From positions 1 through 64,000 of the forward strand of contig NW_027191415.1 of assembly GCF_041146345.1 (NCBI RefSeq): a stretch of DNA of 64,000 nucleotides, given 5' to 3'. Every line of letters starts with the position of its first letter. Position 1 is the first letter of the stretch. A model generated the notes under the pieces. That model was not told the DNA's origin. It made no database searches and saw only the letters and a list, made by a program, of their open reading frames with translations. Made by a program: the position numbers and the translations under genes. This stretch comes from Neodothiora populina (taxonomy: Eukaryota). Shown piece after piece: positions 35,361 through 47,664 of the stretch.

Positions 35361-36939
35361 TGTGAAATGTACAAGTATATACAATGTATCTATAGGAAGA
35401 GAAAAGAAGCCATTGATAGTATCGATGTATCAAGTAATCACCCTAAGGTACAACAGTGTTACAAATACCATCGTTCTTCCGCTCAAATCAACATTGCGCT
35501 GTCTTTCATTCGGAACGACTACTACTTCTGATGTGACTCAATTTCTCTTGTGTAATTGTATTATGGAAAAACCTCATGCCCTACTACAACAAAAACCATA
35601 CATGAGGTGGGTAAATGTCGATACTCGCAAAAGTTACCTGTTCCGTACACAAAGTGGAGTTTCACCGAGTTCAGGTTTGGTGCTTGGCGGGAGGTGTGCT
35701 AAAAGACCCGTATAAAACATCGAAGATACGGTAAGGTAGGTAAGGTGGGCTCACTGAACGGATAAATGGTATGTGGTGCTTGAAGTTGTCTTCTCGCAAT
35801 GATTACCTATATGGTACTGAGAGGCACCGTATCATTTGGTTGTATACAACTGTTTGAATGCAGCAGGATACAAAAAGCGATGCATGCTGTGGTGCCTTGC
35901 GTAAGCCAACCCCACCATCTGTTTATTTGCCCTGTCTCGATTCTGCCTCGCGGTCGCTTCAGGATCCCTCCTCTTCCTCCACACCCCTCGCCCCTCGCTC
36001 GTCCTCGCAACATTTTCCTGATTGTTTTATGAGTCGGATATGAAAGTGAACGGGAAGAAGGCCGCGCGTGCATAGCTTGTCACAGTACTGACATAATTTT
36101 ATTGTCTGGCCTTGCGATGTTTCTTCTCCTTTGGACAGTTCTTTACCGCAATTTTATCTCCTTGATCCTTCTCCACAAAGTCGGTGTCGTTCCCGTCTCT
36201 CCGCCATTTCTGGTATGATTACCTACCTAGCTAGAAGGCTCGTTTGACGATTGTTATAGGTAATTTACACTGATTTCTATTCTCTTGTCTTTGTTTTTTC
36301 GTCTTGATCTGACGATGGCTTATTGTTTGTGATCGCATCAGTGCGAAAGATGATACGGATCCTGTTGTTGCAATCCATGTCGGACGCCCTTCGTTGTTGC
36401 CAATGCCACGGAGCTGTCCATGCATCCGTAATTGTCTTGTCTACATTTTATGCATACGCAAAAGATGGAAATCAACTCATTTTCATCTTCATATGCTTAC
36501 TCCCTTTTGATGAAAAAGGGGATCCACCCTATAGGCATCTTAGTTTCGTGGCAGCTTACGTACCCTGATTCGTTGATTCTTTCCGTGCATGCTTTCGTTA
36601 AATGGTACGATGTACTTACCGTACCTTGGATATATGTTGTGTCACCGCCCACTTCTACATTGTCCATTTTTGTTTCTCGAGGTCCAGATCCTGCTTTTCT
36701 GTGTATAGTAGCCGGTCGTTGTCCCTCGTTCGGTCGCTTCTGTCGATTCCTACCTCCACTGGCTTCGCTTTCGCGATCGCCATTGCGACTACACCGCCAA
36801 TCCTTACGGACAAGCGTTTTGATACGCTGGCTACTATCGTGCCAGCAGACGGTCAAAAATCTGCTGATTTCTATCGAGTCCTCCATGAACAGCCATTTTC
36901 GCTGTAACCAGAAATATCGTCAGACGACTCTGTTTCATT

Positions 36940-38346
36940 ATGGCACCTCATCTCGAAGCAAAAGCGATACCACGACCAAGAAAAGGTTCTTCTTCCCTAC
37001 GACCAGAGACGAAGAAAGTCAGCTTCGTTGGATCCGATGAAGACAATGACGAGCTCTATTCTAGCGACGATGATGCTAGTAGCATCCAATGCATCACTCG
37101 AGAACCAAAAAAGGATCTGAAATCCAAGACGATATACAGTATAGCTTATCCCCATGCATCTAGCGTAACGAACAAGAAAAGTGCTCGCACAGGCACATTG
37201 CTACAATTAAGAAGGGTGACAGCCTCAAGAAGGCCGGAGCCCGCTTTTGACCTCGTGCCTTTAAAGTCGATATCGAGTTATGCGCCACAAAAGGTATCCA
37301 AGTCTTTTATGAACGCACACAGTGTGGCACTGGATGACTTTTCTCTTGTCAAAGCCGAGGATTACTCAAATAGCGACGGAAGTGGAGCAGAGCAGGCGAC
37401 AGAGCGCCGTGTGCCTGCTGTCATCAGTAAGCCCCGAAAGCGCAATGGACTGAGTGGCAAGATCGTTCTCGACGACGGGGAGGAATGGACGCCCTCTAGG
37501 CTAGCCAACGGGGCATATGAGTTTGTGACGCAGAACGGGTCCGGAGACAAGCGTACTGTCCGATGGGTTGTAAAGCGTCCGGCACGGCGGAGCACATCCG
37601 CGCAGCAAGAGGACGCCCGTCCGGTCTCTCACGCAGGCGGCAATCGAAACATCACTCCAACTTCTTTCGAAGCAGCAAATGCCACCAAGCAATTCAGATT
37701 CAGTGTCATAGCGAAAGACTCGCGCCGCCATCCCATCATCGCACAACTGACAAGGTCAACAATCGAGATTCAACATTCATACAGCATTCCGTCTTCGGTG
37801 TCCAGTGGAACCACGGCAGCGAGCACAAGCACAGAGACGCTGCCCCAGGGAGACCTACCGCAAGCACAAGCGCAAGCAACAGGCCGACCCACGAAAACGA
37901 CAGAGGCATTACGCATCTTGATTGAAGCCACCGCGATCTGGGTGGTTCTGCACGAGGGCTGGACGCGCGCATACCGCCCTGTTACGACTGCTACTGCTCT
38001 CCCGGTGCTCGAACGCCAGATGTCTTCAGAGAAGACCAAGCAACAGAGACCGCGAACTGCTCCGGAGAAACCCGTGGCTGTGTCGAGAAACGCATCTGTA
38101 GAGAAACTGGTCGTTGTTGCCCCATCGGCCGATGATGATGACGATGACGACGGCGACGAGGACTCTGAAGATGACGGTGCGTCAAAGTCATCGAAGTCGT
38201 CGACTCCGCCGGTGCCGAAATTGCCTAGCAGTGGAACTACTACTGCTCCTGCCGAAACTACTGCTGCTACCATGCTGGATCTGCCTACTGTGGTCAAGAC
38301 TAATGGTTTCATGAAATTTTGGCGCAAGACGACGACGCATAAATAA
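36940..38346 (+). CDS. Hypothetical fungal protein (468 aa)
   Basis: Long intact ORF with ordered blocks (LLQLRRV...PEPAFDL; TVRWV; FRFSVI..SRRHPIIAQL; LIEATAIWVVLHEGW); function unknown. Confidence 0.8.
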   Translation: MAPHLEAKAIPRPRKGSSSLRPETKKVSFVGSDEDNDELYSSDDDASSIQCITREPKKDLKSKTIYSIAYPHASSVTNKKSARTGTLLQLRRVTASRRPEPAFDLVPLKSISSYAPQKVSKSFMNAHSVALDDFSLVKAEDYSNSDGSGAEQATERRVPAVISKPRKRNGLSGKIVLDDGEEWTPSRLANGAYEFVTQNGSGDKRTVRWVVKRPARRSTSAQQEDARPVSHAGGNRNITPTSFEAANATKQFRFSVIAKDSRRHPIIAQLTRSTIEIQHSYSIPSSVSSGTTAASTSTETLPQGDLPQAQAQATGRPTKTTEALRILIEATAIWVVLHEGWTRAYRPVTTATALPVLERQMSSEKTKQQRPRTAPEKPVAVSRNASVEKLVVVAPSADDDDDDDGDEDSEDDGASKSSKSSTPPVPKLPSSGTTTAPAETTAATMLDLPTVVKTNGFMKFWRKTTTHK

Positions 38347-39634
38347 TTTTGATCTTGCCGGCTAAAGATCTTCGAATCTCGACCTTTGGTGGTACGAAAG
38401 TCTAAGGCGAAAGTCTTTTGCTCGGATGGTTCTCCACAGTCCTGGACAGGTATTAGCACCTGCATCGGCTCCCTCTACGACACCGTCATGGCGTTCTTGT
38501 GACAAGTCTTGATATGTGATGATATCTCCCTCCAGAAAACCAGCAAAACGCTCTTCTCGACGTTGACACCGACGACTCACATCTACGACACTCTTAATTC
38601 CACTACGGAATGAAGTAGAGCAGGCGCTGACCAGCAAAAGACATGCCGGAATGGATATTTTCCAACATCAACGCCACTTTTCAGAGACAACGGCAAGATA
38701 AAAACATTCTCTCGGCGTGGTCAACCCTTTTGTATCGTTGAATACCTCTCTTAATCGCAAACACTACTCATGTGACCTCTCCGATCACGCGAGACTTGGT
38801 CCGACAGCCGAGGGAAGCGGCGACACGGACTCGCATCAATTCAGCTTCGATGTCGCCTCCAGCTGCAAAAAGCAACTCGAAAAGGAAACGCGCGAACTTC
38901 TGGCCTTCAAGAATTGTGTAGAGAGACACACGACGCGGATCTCTCCTGCCTGATCGTGACCGGTCCAGAGGCAAGGCTAGGCTATACAGCATCCCTTTCG
39001 GGCTAGCCTACGACCTCAGCCGAAAGCCTGAGGTGCGTCGTTGCTTTGGTATCCGATAGCGGCATCTGTACACTTGGAGAAAATGGTCATCAGTGGATCG
39101 TACAAGTGACGGGGACCACACGCCATAAGGAAAAGAAATTTACCTGACCTTGCTGTACTACAACACAGGATACGGAGTATGTTATCCTCACCGACTTCGT
39201 GCGATCATCCCGAGCAGTTCTGGGCCAGTTTTATGAAAGTATACAGCGATCGCCATCCTTGTCCTCAGCACGAACAGCGTGTCGAATCTACATGGCGTTC
39301 TGAGTGCATGCTCGGAGATAAAATGTTTGAGATGCCCAGACCGTACGAGTGGAAGTGGAAGACGAAGAAAAGAAGGCTCCACGCAGTGGCGCTGTCCGCG
39401 CAGGACTAGTGCTCTTGCGCGAGACGTGACGACCACATTAGTCTGTGTTATAATAGGACGCCATGCAGGAGGATAGTCGTTTCGATACAAGTATATTCTC
39501 TTCTATCTTGGATTCTACTATACAGGTTCATGAAAGCCATATTCACACATTTCTCTTCGCTACTCAGTCATCGGCATCATCTCTATCCGCGTGACATAGA
39601 GAGATCTCGGTCCGTGTCAAAGGCAAAAGGTAAT

Positions 39635-40184
39635 CTACCACTGGTTGCCGAATTGTTGCTACGAGAATCATCAGTCAGTGTTTGCCAAAGGGGGAGGAGA
39701 TATTGAAGAACGAAAGAAACTCACTTGCAACTGCTCCGGCGGGCCCTGGTTCGAGGGGTCGTACCTATCACTGCCGCCATAGTGATCATCATACATATCG
39801 CCAGCCTGCTGCTGCGCATCGCGCTTCGCCTTCTCGCGGTCGACAAAATCCTCTCCCTTTGTCTCAGCCAACTTGTCGACCTCGGCACCTGTGAAGCCGG
39901 CCAGCGCTTCCTTGGCGAACTGGTGCTCGACCGGCTTGCCTTCGGAGCGTTGGTGGTCTTCGAAGGCTTTGAAGCCCGCGAAGGCGGCGCCGCCGGCGAT
40001 GACTTCGTGGCCTAGCGAGGATTGGTTGTCGTCGCCATTGTTGTTGTTGTTGCTGTTGTCGTCGTTGTAGACTTGGTTATAGTTGTCGTTTGCTTCGCCT
40101 GTGGAGGGGTCTTGTGGTCAGTTTTGAGGACGGAAGACAGGGTGTCCTCTCCTCGAAGCGAAAGAGCCGTCACTCACCCCACAT
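39635..40184 (-). CDS. CipC-like (DUF3759) small protein (exons 40184-40178, 40098-39725, 39658-39635)
   Basis: Spliced product contains HEVIAGGAAFAGFKAFEDHQRSEGKPVEHQFAKEALAGFTGAEVDKLAETKGEDFVDREKAKR; two GTGAGT..AG introns. The ORF track captures only part of it. Confidence 0.92.
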
Positions 40185-41139
40185 GATGGATGGATTCGTG
40201 TTTTGTGAAGGAGTATTTCCTGGTTTAGAATAGATCCAAGTCGTTGCGTCGTAGAGGAGAAAGTGCTTGAGGGAATTGATTTGAGCATGTTGTAAGCTGA
40301 GAGACAAGGCATACTTATAAACATTCCGCCGTCTCACTGACGTCGTCGAGGACATACCGTCACATCACGCATAGTACCTACTCTACGTTACAGAGATGCA
40401 GTGGCGGAGCTCGTCGAAAGTGACGCAGCGAGCGGGTACTCGATATCGTGTCAATGCTTGCGAGATACCAAAAGAGCCCGCACCGACTACAAAAGCTCTC
40501 GAAAAAGGGCTCGCACGACAATGACGCAGTATCGTCACTCTGGAGTCCAATCACTCGACAAATATCATCACACAAGACTCGACCATCAAGCTACAATAGA
40601 TTAATCGATGAAGCCACTGACAGTAAGATGCGTCAAGCAAATGATCCACAGACCAAGCCTTCCCGGATCGTCGGACGTGGATTGCTTGTCAATGCTTGAT
40701 TTTCTGATAGCCAGGGACCAATGTGGATCCTACGATGCAGACCGACAACGTCACAACACAAGAAGAACTTGGTCTGGTGAGGGACTTGATAGTGGTTCCA
40801 GACCCCGTCAAGGATTATATTGCAGGGACGGGTCCATGTGCAAGGAAACTCCGAAACGATGGCTTCGCGGCGGCAGGCCGGGGATAACGATCCCGGAAGA
40901 TTCGCTTGGGGTCTCTTCCTCTCCTTCTCCACAATTCGGAATCGAGTCGGAGCTGCGCTGGGTTAATTGGGGCTAATCTTCAACCCGGTACCGCCTGGGC
41001 TTCAGATACTCGACATATTCTATCTTTGGTCGGTGTGCAGCATAGTCCTAGATTCATAGTCCGATTATCAGATCTCGTAAGGTCATTTGCTTTTTGTGAT
41101 GAACACGGGGAGACGGATCGACTGAAACCGCAGAAAATC

Positions 41140-42228
41140 ATGGACGACGAAAACCCCACCCAATGTCAATGGGCTCCGCCCGGGCAGTATCCACGCAAGA
41201 TCCCGATAGTCCTGATACATGATGGAGGAGGCACGACATTCGCCTATCATATCCTTGGAGAGCTCAATCGTGACGTCTATGTCGTTCACAATCCCAATTA
41301 CTGGACGGGCGAACCGTGGGCTGAGGGCATGGATGCCCAGGCCTGTCATTACATTCAACTGATCAAGAAAGCTGGTATTTCTGGAAACATCTTACTCGGC
41401 GGTCAGTCAGTTCATGAGATGCTTGCTGTATTGTCTTGTTGATCCATTGCCCATAGGATGGTCGCTTGGTGGGTTTCTCTCGGTGACAATGGCACGCATG
41501 ATCGCTGCAGATCGTTCTGAGCCACGTCTTCATGTGAAAGGCATGGTCATTATTGATTCGCCATTCCACACTCCTCTGAAGGACTTGTCCGTTGAGACAG
41601 CCAAACCAGAGCTTTCGCACTTACCTGAGCTTGTCCGAAAGTCACTCCATAATTGTGGTGCTTTATTGGCCGATTGGTCATTGCCTGAATGGGATGCCGA
41701 TGCTTACAAAGACCGTGGCATTCGGACCGTGGTTGATTCCACTTCTGCAGACGTTGATGTCCCTGCAGGACAGGTCTGGTACAAGCCGCTGAAGGGACCA
41801 GCAGAGGTGGTGCCTGTCTCGCGAGCTTCTCCTCCTCCTGCAAAGGCCGACCCTGATGCCAGCCATGACGTTCCTCCTTTCTCGGTGCTACTGCGATGTG
41901 TAGACCGAGCTCCTTCGACAGACCCGGACTCGACGAAACCAGCTCATATTGACATTCGCCGTGACCAGCTTGTGCTTGGATGGGATGAAAACTACCCAGA
42001 GTTCATCAAGGCAGTCATTGATGTTGACGCCCATCACTACAATCTGTTCGAGTTCGAACGGGTAAGTCCAAAGGCTAGAAAGACTGCCACTCTTTTGCTG
42101 TATATGGCAGAGCTCTAACAAGACACGAACAGATTGATGCTCAGACGGACAAGATAAACCTGGCATTGAAGATTGTTGATAATCTACGGCCGCTGGACGG
42201 GAACGAGTCAACCAGCGACAGCTTGTGA
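41140..42228 (+). CDS. Stand-alone thioesterase-domain alpha/beta hydrolase (exons 41140-41401, 41457-42061, 42133-42228)
   Basis: PIVLIHDGGGTTFAY, GGWSLGG nucleophile elbow across intron 1, VIIDSP and C-terminal HHYNLF, as in PKS/NRPS TE domains. Confidence 0.88.
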
Positions 42229-42839
42229 ACATGCAGAGTAGGAAACGATCAATATCGGTATCATTCCGCCTGTAATGGTGAATGCAGCCTCGGGTCGTTG
42301 ATACAACCCTTTGTTGTTTCTACAAACTTCACAGCATAAGGCTCACCCCGCCTTGCCCCACAAGGGTCTCTCCGCCACTCAGTAAAGTCAAAGTCACACA
42401 CCTCCACCAAGATAGCAAGATGATGCGGGGAATTGGCCGTACAAGCGGACAGATAGAGAGGTATGCATGACGGGTTCATCGCTGATCAGTCTCAGTTCTT
42501 GTAGACTCAGGAGGAGGAGTCTTTGCATCACGGAATTGTTTCCTGCGAGTTGATAGAGGTGCGGGGTAGATGGTATGGCAGCTGACTGGCAGATGAATTG
42601 GATTTGACGTGCCCCTCAGTACAGAATGGAAACATACCTTAGGCAGAGGCGTTGGATAGAACCATAGCGATGGCTCAGGTACAAGACCAGCTGGAGGTCT
42701 CTTCGGCATCGCCATCAGTCTTTTCGTCTCAGCAGCTTCGATACTTTTGAACAGTCAATTCCTCCTACACATCCTGTCTACAGCATTCTATTACTCTTGA
42801 ACATATCTTCTTATCACTGAATCACATCAAACATCAATA

Positions 42840-44424
42840 ATGAGTAGCGAAGCAGCCGCCCCGCCGTCCTTTGACATCCCAAAGCAATGCAAAGCCGGAG
42901 TCGTAGTCAACGAAGGACCCGACTTTCATATCGAGGTTCGCGATGTGCCCGTTCCTGAAATAGGTAGGTAGGATTGAGAAAGGAGGGATGCTATTTCTTG
43001 AACACAGGGTGCAATTTCCTTCTATCATGTCCTTGTTCAGTCCTCTTCTCGTTGAGACAAACATCGTCTTGATGATGGTATCGAAAAAAAAAGAGACAGA
43101 CCGTGTCACAAAGCAACATATCCCGAGCTACGGAAAGTGAACCACCTTTACTGACACGCAGAAACCCAATAGGTCCCGACGACGTGCTGATCAAACTCAA
43201 CGCCACGGGCCTCTGCATGTCCGACATCCACTTCATGATGAACGACTGGGCCCTGCCTCCCATGTCAACATTCAGCACGCAATGCGCCGGCCACGAGGGC
43301 TCGGGTGTCATTGTCAAGACGGGAGCCAACGTCAAGCACCTCAAGGTCGGCCAGAGGGCGGGACTCAAGCCCATCGTCGACGTGTGCCACACTTGCGCCG
43401 AATGTAAAGCCGGAAAGGACAATTATTGCCAGAACGGCATCTTTACGGGGTTGATGCAGGACGGTAAGTCTATTTGCAACTGTGCCGACACCTTTCCTTT
43501 CCCTTTCTCTGCAAAAACCCTGCTGCGGGATACTGACAGCAACAAGGCTCTTACAAACAATACATCACCTCTCCAGAGCGGTACACGACCATAATCCCCG
43601 ACGGCGTCTCCGACCACGTCGCAGGACCTATCATGTGCAGCGCGAGCACAGCCTACACATCGATCAAAGAATCGGGCCTGCGACCCGGCCAATGGGCCGT
43701 GTTCCCAGGCGGAGGCGGCGGCGTCGGAATCCAAGCGGTACAGCTGGCTGTGGCCATGGGTCTGCGCGCCATTGTCGTCGACACGGGCGACGAGAGACGC
43801 GAGATGTGCAAGAAGTTCGGCGCCGAGCAATTCGTGGATTTCAAGGACGTCGAGGATACTTGTGCCGAGGTCGTCAAGTTGACTGATGGCGTGGGCGCGC
43901 ATGGTGTTTTCGTCACTGCTGTGCAGAGCTATCCCAGGGCGATTGAGTATCTGGGTGGCAGGATCGGTGGCGTCGTCATGTGGTTCGTTATCTCTTTCTT
44001 TCCATTTCACTGCTGCTTGATACTACTTTCTTTCTGTCGAGTCTCTTTCGACACTCAAAAGGAGCAGAAAGAGAATGGGACAACACAGCTGACGCGGAAA
44101 CCAAAACAGCATCGGCCTTCCTCCCGCGGGAAAGTGGCACATGGACATCGACCCTTCACGTCTCGCGTTCAAGAATCAGGGCGTCAAGGGCACACTCGTC
44201 AGCGGCATGCGAGACGTTGACGAGACACTTGACTTTGCTCGGAGAGGGCTGTTGAATCTCTCCGCCACGATAGTGGGATTGTCCAAGTTCAATGAGAGCG
44301 TCATGAAGTTGAAAGAGGGCAAAGTCGCAGGGTCAGTCTTCCCTATCTTAAGAGATATCTCAAGTAATCTTGCTAACCACTTCGATATGACAGACGTATC
44401 GTGGTCGACTTCAACCAAGAGTAG
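42840..44424 (+). CDS. Zn-dependent medium-chain alcohol dehydrogenase (5 exons)
   Basis: GLCMSD, GHEGSG, CHTCAEC...YC structural Zn site, GGGGGVG NAD motif, GRIVVDF end; introns 42964-43172, 43464-43546, 43983-44109, 44332-44393. Confidence 0.95.
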
Positions 44425-44705
44425 AGCTGCCAGTTGTTGATATCATTTTGGAAGTCAATTGCGGCGGACCACACCTTGTAGCAAATTTATTCATTGGGGC
44501 TTCATGTCGGTCGTACCTAAATCCTTGTGTGGTATCTCAATTTGTGTGTCACCTTGACGCCATTTTCCGCGTAATGCTCCGTGTAACACCATTGATTCAA
44601 TCGTCCCCGTAGACCAGTACCCTCCAAACCTGAACCCAGAGCCCTTTTCCCCCTTCACCGACCCCATTTCATATCTTTCGTGACTTGCAGTATGTTCTGA
44701 ACTGA

Positions 44706-46761
44706 CTATGCGGCTGCCTCGACGGCACCAGCAGCGGCTTCGAGCTCCATCATCTTACCCAAAGCCTCTTCCACATCGATACCAGCACCAAACTGCTCAA
44801 TAGCATCTTGAGCTTTGGGGACACCAATAAGTGCTATGCCCCTAGGCACCACGACATCCAAAACTTCGAAGCAGCCAAAGGCAATGACCTGCCTGATCGA
44901 GGGGCAGCTCTTGAAGATTCCAGCCACAACACTGGTGTCGACCGTGCTACAGAAACTGAGATTGATGACTTCAAGCGAAGGATAAACATTTCCGTTGGAA
45001 AAGACATCGAGGAAAGCTTCGAGAGTGATGTGTCGGCAGGATGCAATCTCCAATCTCACGAGCGATGGTCCGGAGTGTTTCATCAAAGCCCTGAAGCCAT
45101 TGGATGCGAGACCTATGGCTTCTTCAGGGCCGACGGGATTGTTGTTGTCGACGTCACGAGTCGAGCTAAAGTCCGCGAATCGCAATGGAGAGTTCTTCCA
45201 ATCGATGAAAAGAGCAGCGTAGGCTGCGTCACTGGACACATCATTCTCTGCGAGTCGGAGTTTACTGAGCTTCAAGCATGAATCTCTGATGACAGCAAGA
45301 ACAGAATCGTCTGCATCAATGTATTTCTCAAGAGACAAGGTGCGCAGACCAGGACCCACAGAGGAAATAAGGCTGGTGAGTGCTGGGGAAGTGCACTCCT
45401 GGGTAGTCTGCAGAGACAGGTGTTCGAGGTTTCGAAGCTTGGAAATCCAGGCGATCGAATCCTGTCCGACGCGACGACACAATTTGAGCTTCAGGCGCTT
45501 CAGATTAGGACAGTCTTCGACCATCTCCTTGACCGTGTTGTCATCAAACGCTGCATCCAACCACTGAAGTTTGACGGTCTCGAGCTGCTCACCGTAGTGC
45601 TTGAAGAGCGTGTGCCACACCTCATTGGTGACCAGATTCGGAGCATACAACTGCAGTGACTTGATCTTGTCACAACGACCCATCATGTACTCGAGTGACT
45701 CGTCCTTGAACTGACAAGCATTGCGAAGAACAAGCTTTTCGATGTTGGGTGCGACGGCGAACATGTTAACGTAATCTTCGACCTCGAGATAGGCAGCGTC
45801 GTGGATGGCTATAGTGTCCAGGTCGGGCCGGACGAACAGTTTGACGGTCCTCGGATTGAGGACGCGCTTCTTCGCAAACAATTCAGACAGTCTCTCCATG
45901 ACAATGGGTGGCATATCGCCCAATTCATCGACGTCCTCGTGGTATTGGGCCACTTTTTCGATACACAGCTGTTGCAAGGACTTCGCCCCACCGACAGCCA
46001 TGCCGTCCAGACGATCGCTCTCCATCTTGCGTCTCTTCTTCCCTGCTGGCTTCTTGCCCTGGGCCTTCTTGTCTGACTTGGCGTCCTTGTCCAGCTCCTT
46101 GCCACACGGTAGACAGAGAAGACCTCCGTCGGGTCCGGTCTTGCTGTAAGGGGTGACTGTAAATCTCTTGTTACAGATCTCGCAGTGCTCGAGTTGTCCA
46201 GGTGCAGGCTGTGACTTTCTATAGATGTTTAGGGCATCTTCATCGTCGTAGTCGGCGTCGCTGTCGTCATCGTCGTCGCTTTGTGGCTTCTTCTTGCCTT
46301 TGGTCGCCTTCTTCTTGCCTTTACCTTTGGCCTTGTTCTTCTTGGCTTTCTTGATGTCCTCTACAGCCTCTGCTTGCTCGCGCTTGCGTTTGCGTGCTTT
46401 CTCTTCGGCCCTTGCGAGAGCTGCAGCACCGGCAGCGGCAGCGACTGCTTCATCTTCGGCTTCTTGATCATTCGCGGCAGTGGAAGGCCCCTCGCCAGCA
46501 TTCCCTTGCTGTTCTGCTTCGGCACGACGACGCTGGTAATCATCACGGATCTGGGCTGCGGAGATGTTGTTTGCCTGTGTAATTTTGTTAGTATGCGCAG
46601 GACCAGAGCAAAAGTGCTGACAGAACTTACAGCAAGGAAATCAGTCAGAGCCGACTGTCTGTTGTTCCCGACATGTTAGCATGTCAGTTCAATCAATTAG
46701 AGGCGCATTGGTCGATGACTGACGGTCCACGGATGCGATTGCCACCACGCCTTCCAGACAT
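44706..46761 (-). CDS. RAD7: Nucleotide excision repair LRR protein Rad7
   Basis: Spliced N-terminus MSGRRGGNRIRGPQSALTDFLAANNISA (two short introns), CEICNKRFTVTPYS Zn motif, KSLQQLCI and RNI-like LRRs. Confidence 0.93.
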
Positions 46762-47664
46762 GACGAGGAATACGGGCGGCTGAGGAGGTTATGGAAAGAA
46801 AGAGAGATGATACAAAGGAGCAGGAGAATCGCTAGAGAGCGCCAACAACCAAAGAGATGCCGATGACTATGAACCGGGTAGAGATGAAGGGGCAAAAAGA
46901 ACGGAGCATTTGTTCCAGGGTCTCCTCTGTCTATACCACTTCTAGCAAAAACGTGGGGGAGGCAACAGCGACCGATGAGCGATAGCGATTAGATCTTCGC
47001 ATCTGTTCTGTCGCGATGCTGACGAGAAGGAACACGCGCGCCGTCACGTGATGATAGTCTGGATGGAATGGATTCTGATCGAAAAACGTCTCCCTTGACT
47101 TACCCTGGTCTAGTTCTTGCATTTCCAGATCTAGCTGTCGTGGCGTGCAACTTCTGAAGCCTGGCGCGAGAGACCATCGTCGATTATGCCTGGATAGATG
47201 TAGCGTGGATGGAATGTGCTTGATGATTTCTGAGGTCGATAGGATGCACAGAAGTCAGCTTGTGAGATGCTTTCCTGAGGTGAAGAAGGGTAGCACAAGC
47301 AATGTGTTGTTACGATAAGCACAGGTGGATTTCAGCGTAGAACACAGTGATTTGTGTTGAGAGTGAAATGATGGTCAGATGCAGTTCAGAAGAAAATAGA
47401 CGTTCGCTGACTTTTCACTCCCTGACCTCCAGATCAACGAATTAGGAAGGTACGAGGTGGTGGGAAGGCACAAGGTGTCAGTGTCAATGGCAGCAGATCT
47501 CGAGATGTTGACGACCCGCCCAGATCTAATGTTCAGTATCTTGCAGTGAACGACGACCTGAGAAAGACAGGAGACTCATAACTCATCCCATATATGGTTA
47601 TTTCCAGTGCAGACTCCACATTATATACACCTTGTAGTGCCACTTTTCATCCGTCGCTGTACCG

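Noticed and set aside
39138..39150. ATTTACCTG resembling the U1 snRNA 5' end, and a nearby CTGATGA (hammerhead/box C-like) on the - strand
   Set aside because: Mismatch to ACTTACCTG with no U1 stem-loops or Sm site; no stem II plus GAAA follows the CTGATGA.
42266..42285. CGCCTGTAATGGTG resembling the fungal SRP RNA Alu start
   Set aside because: No helix-8 motif or long stem follows.
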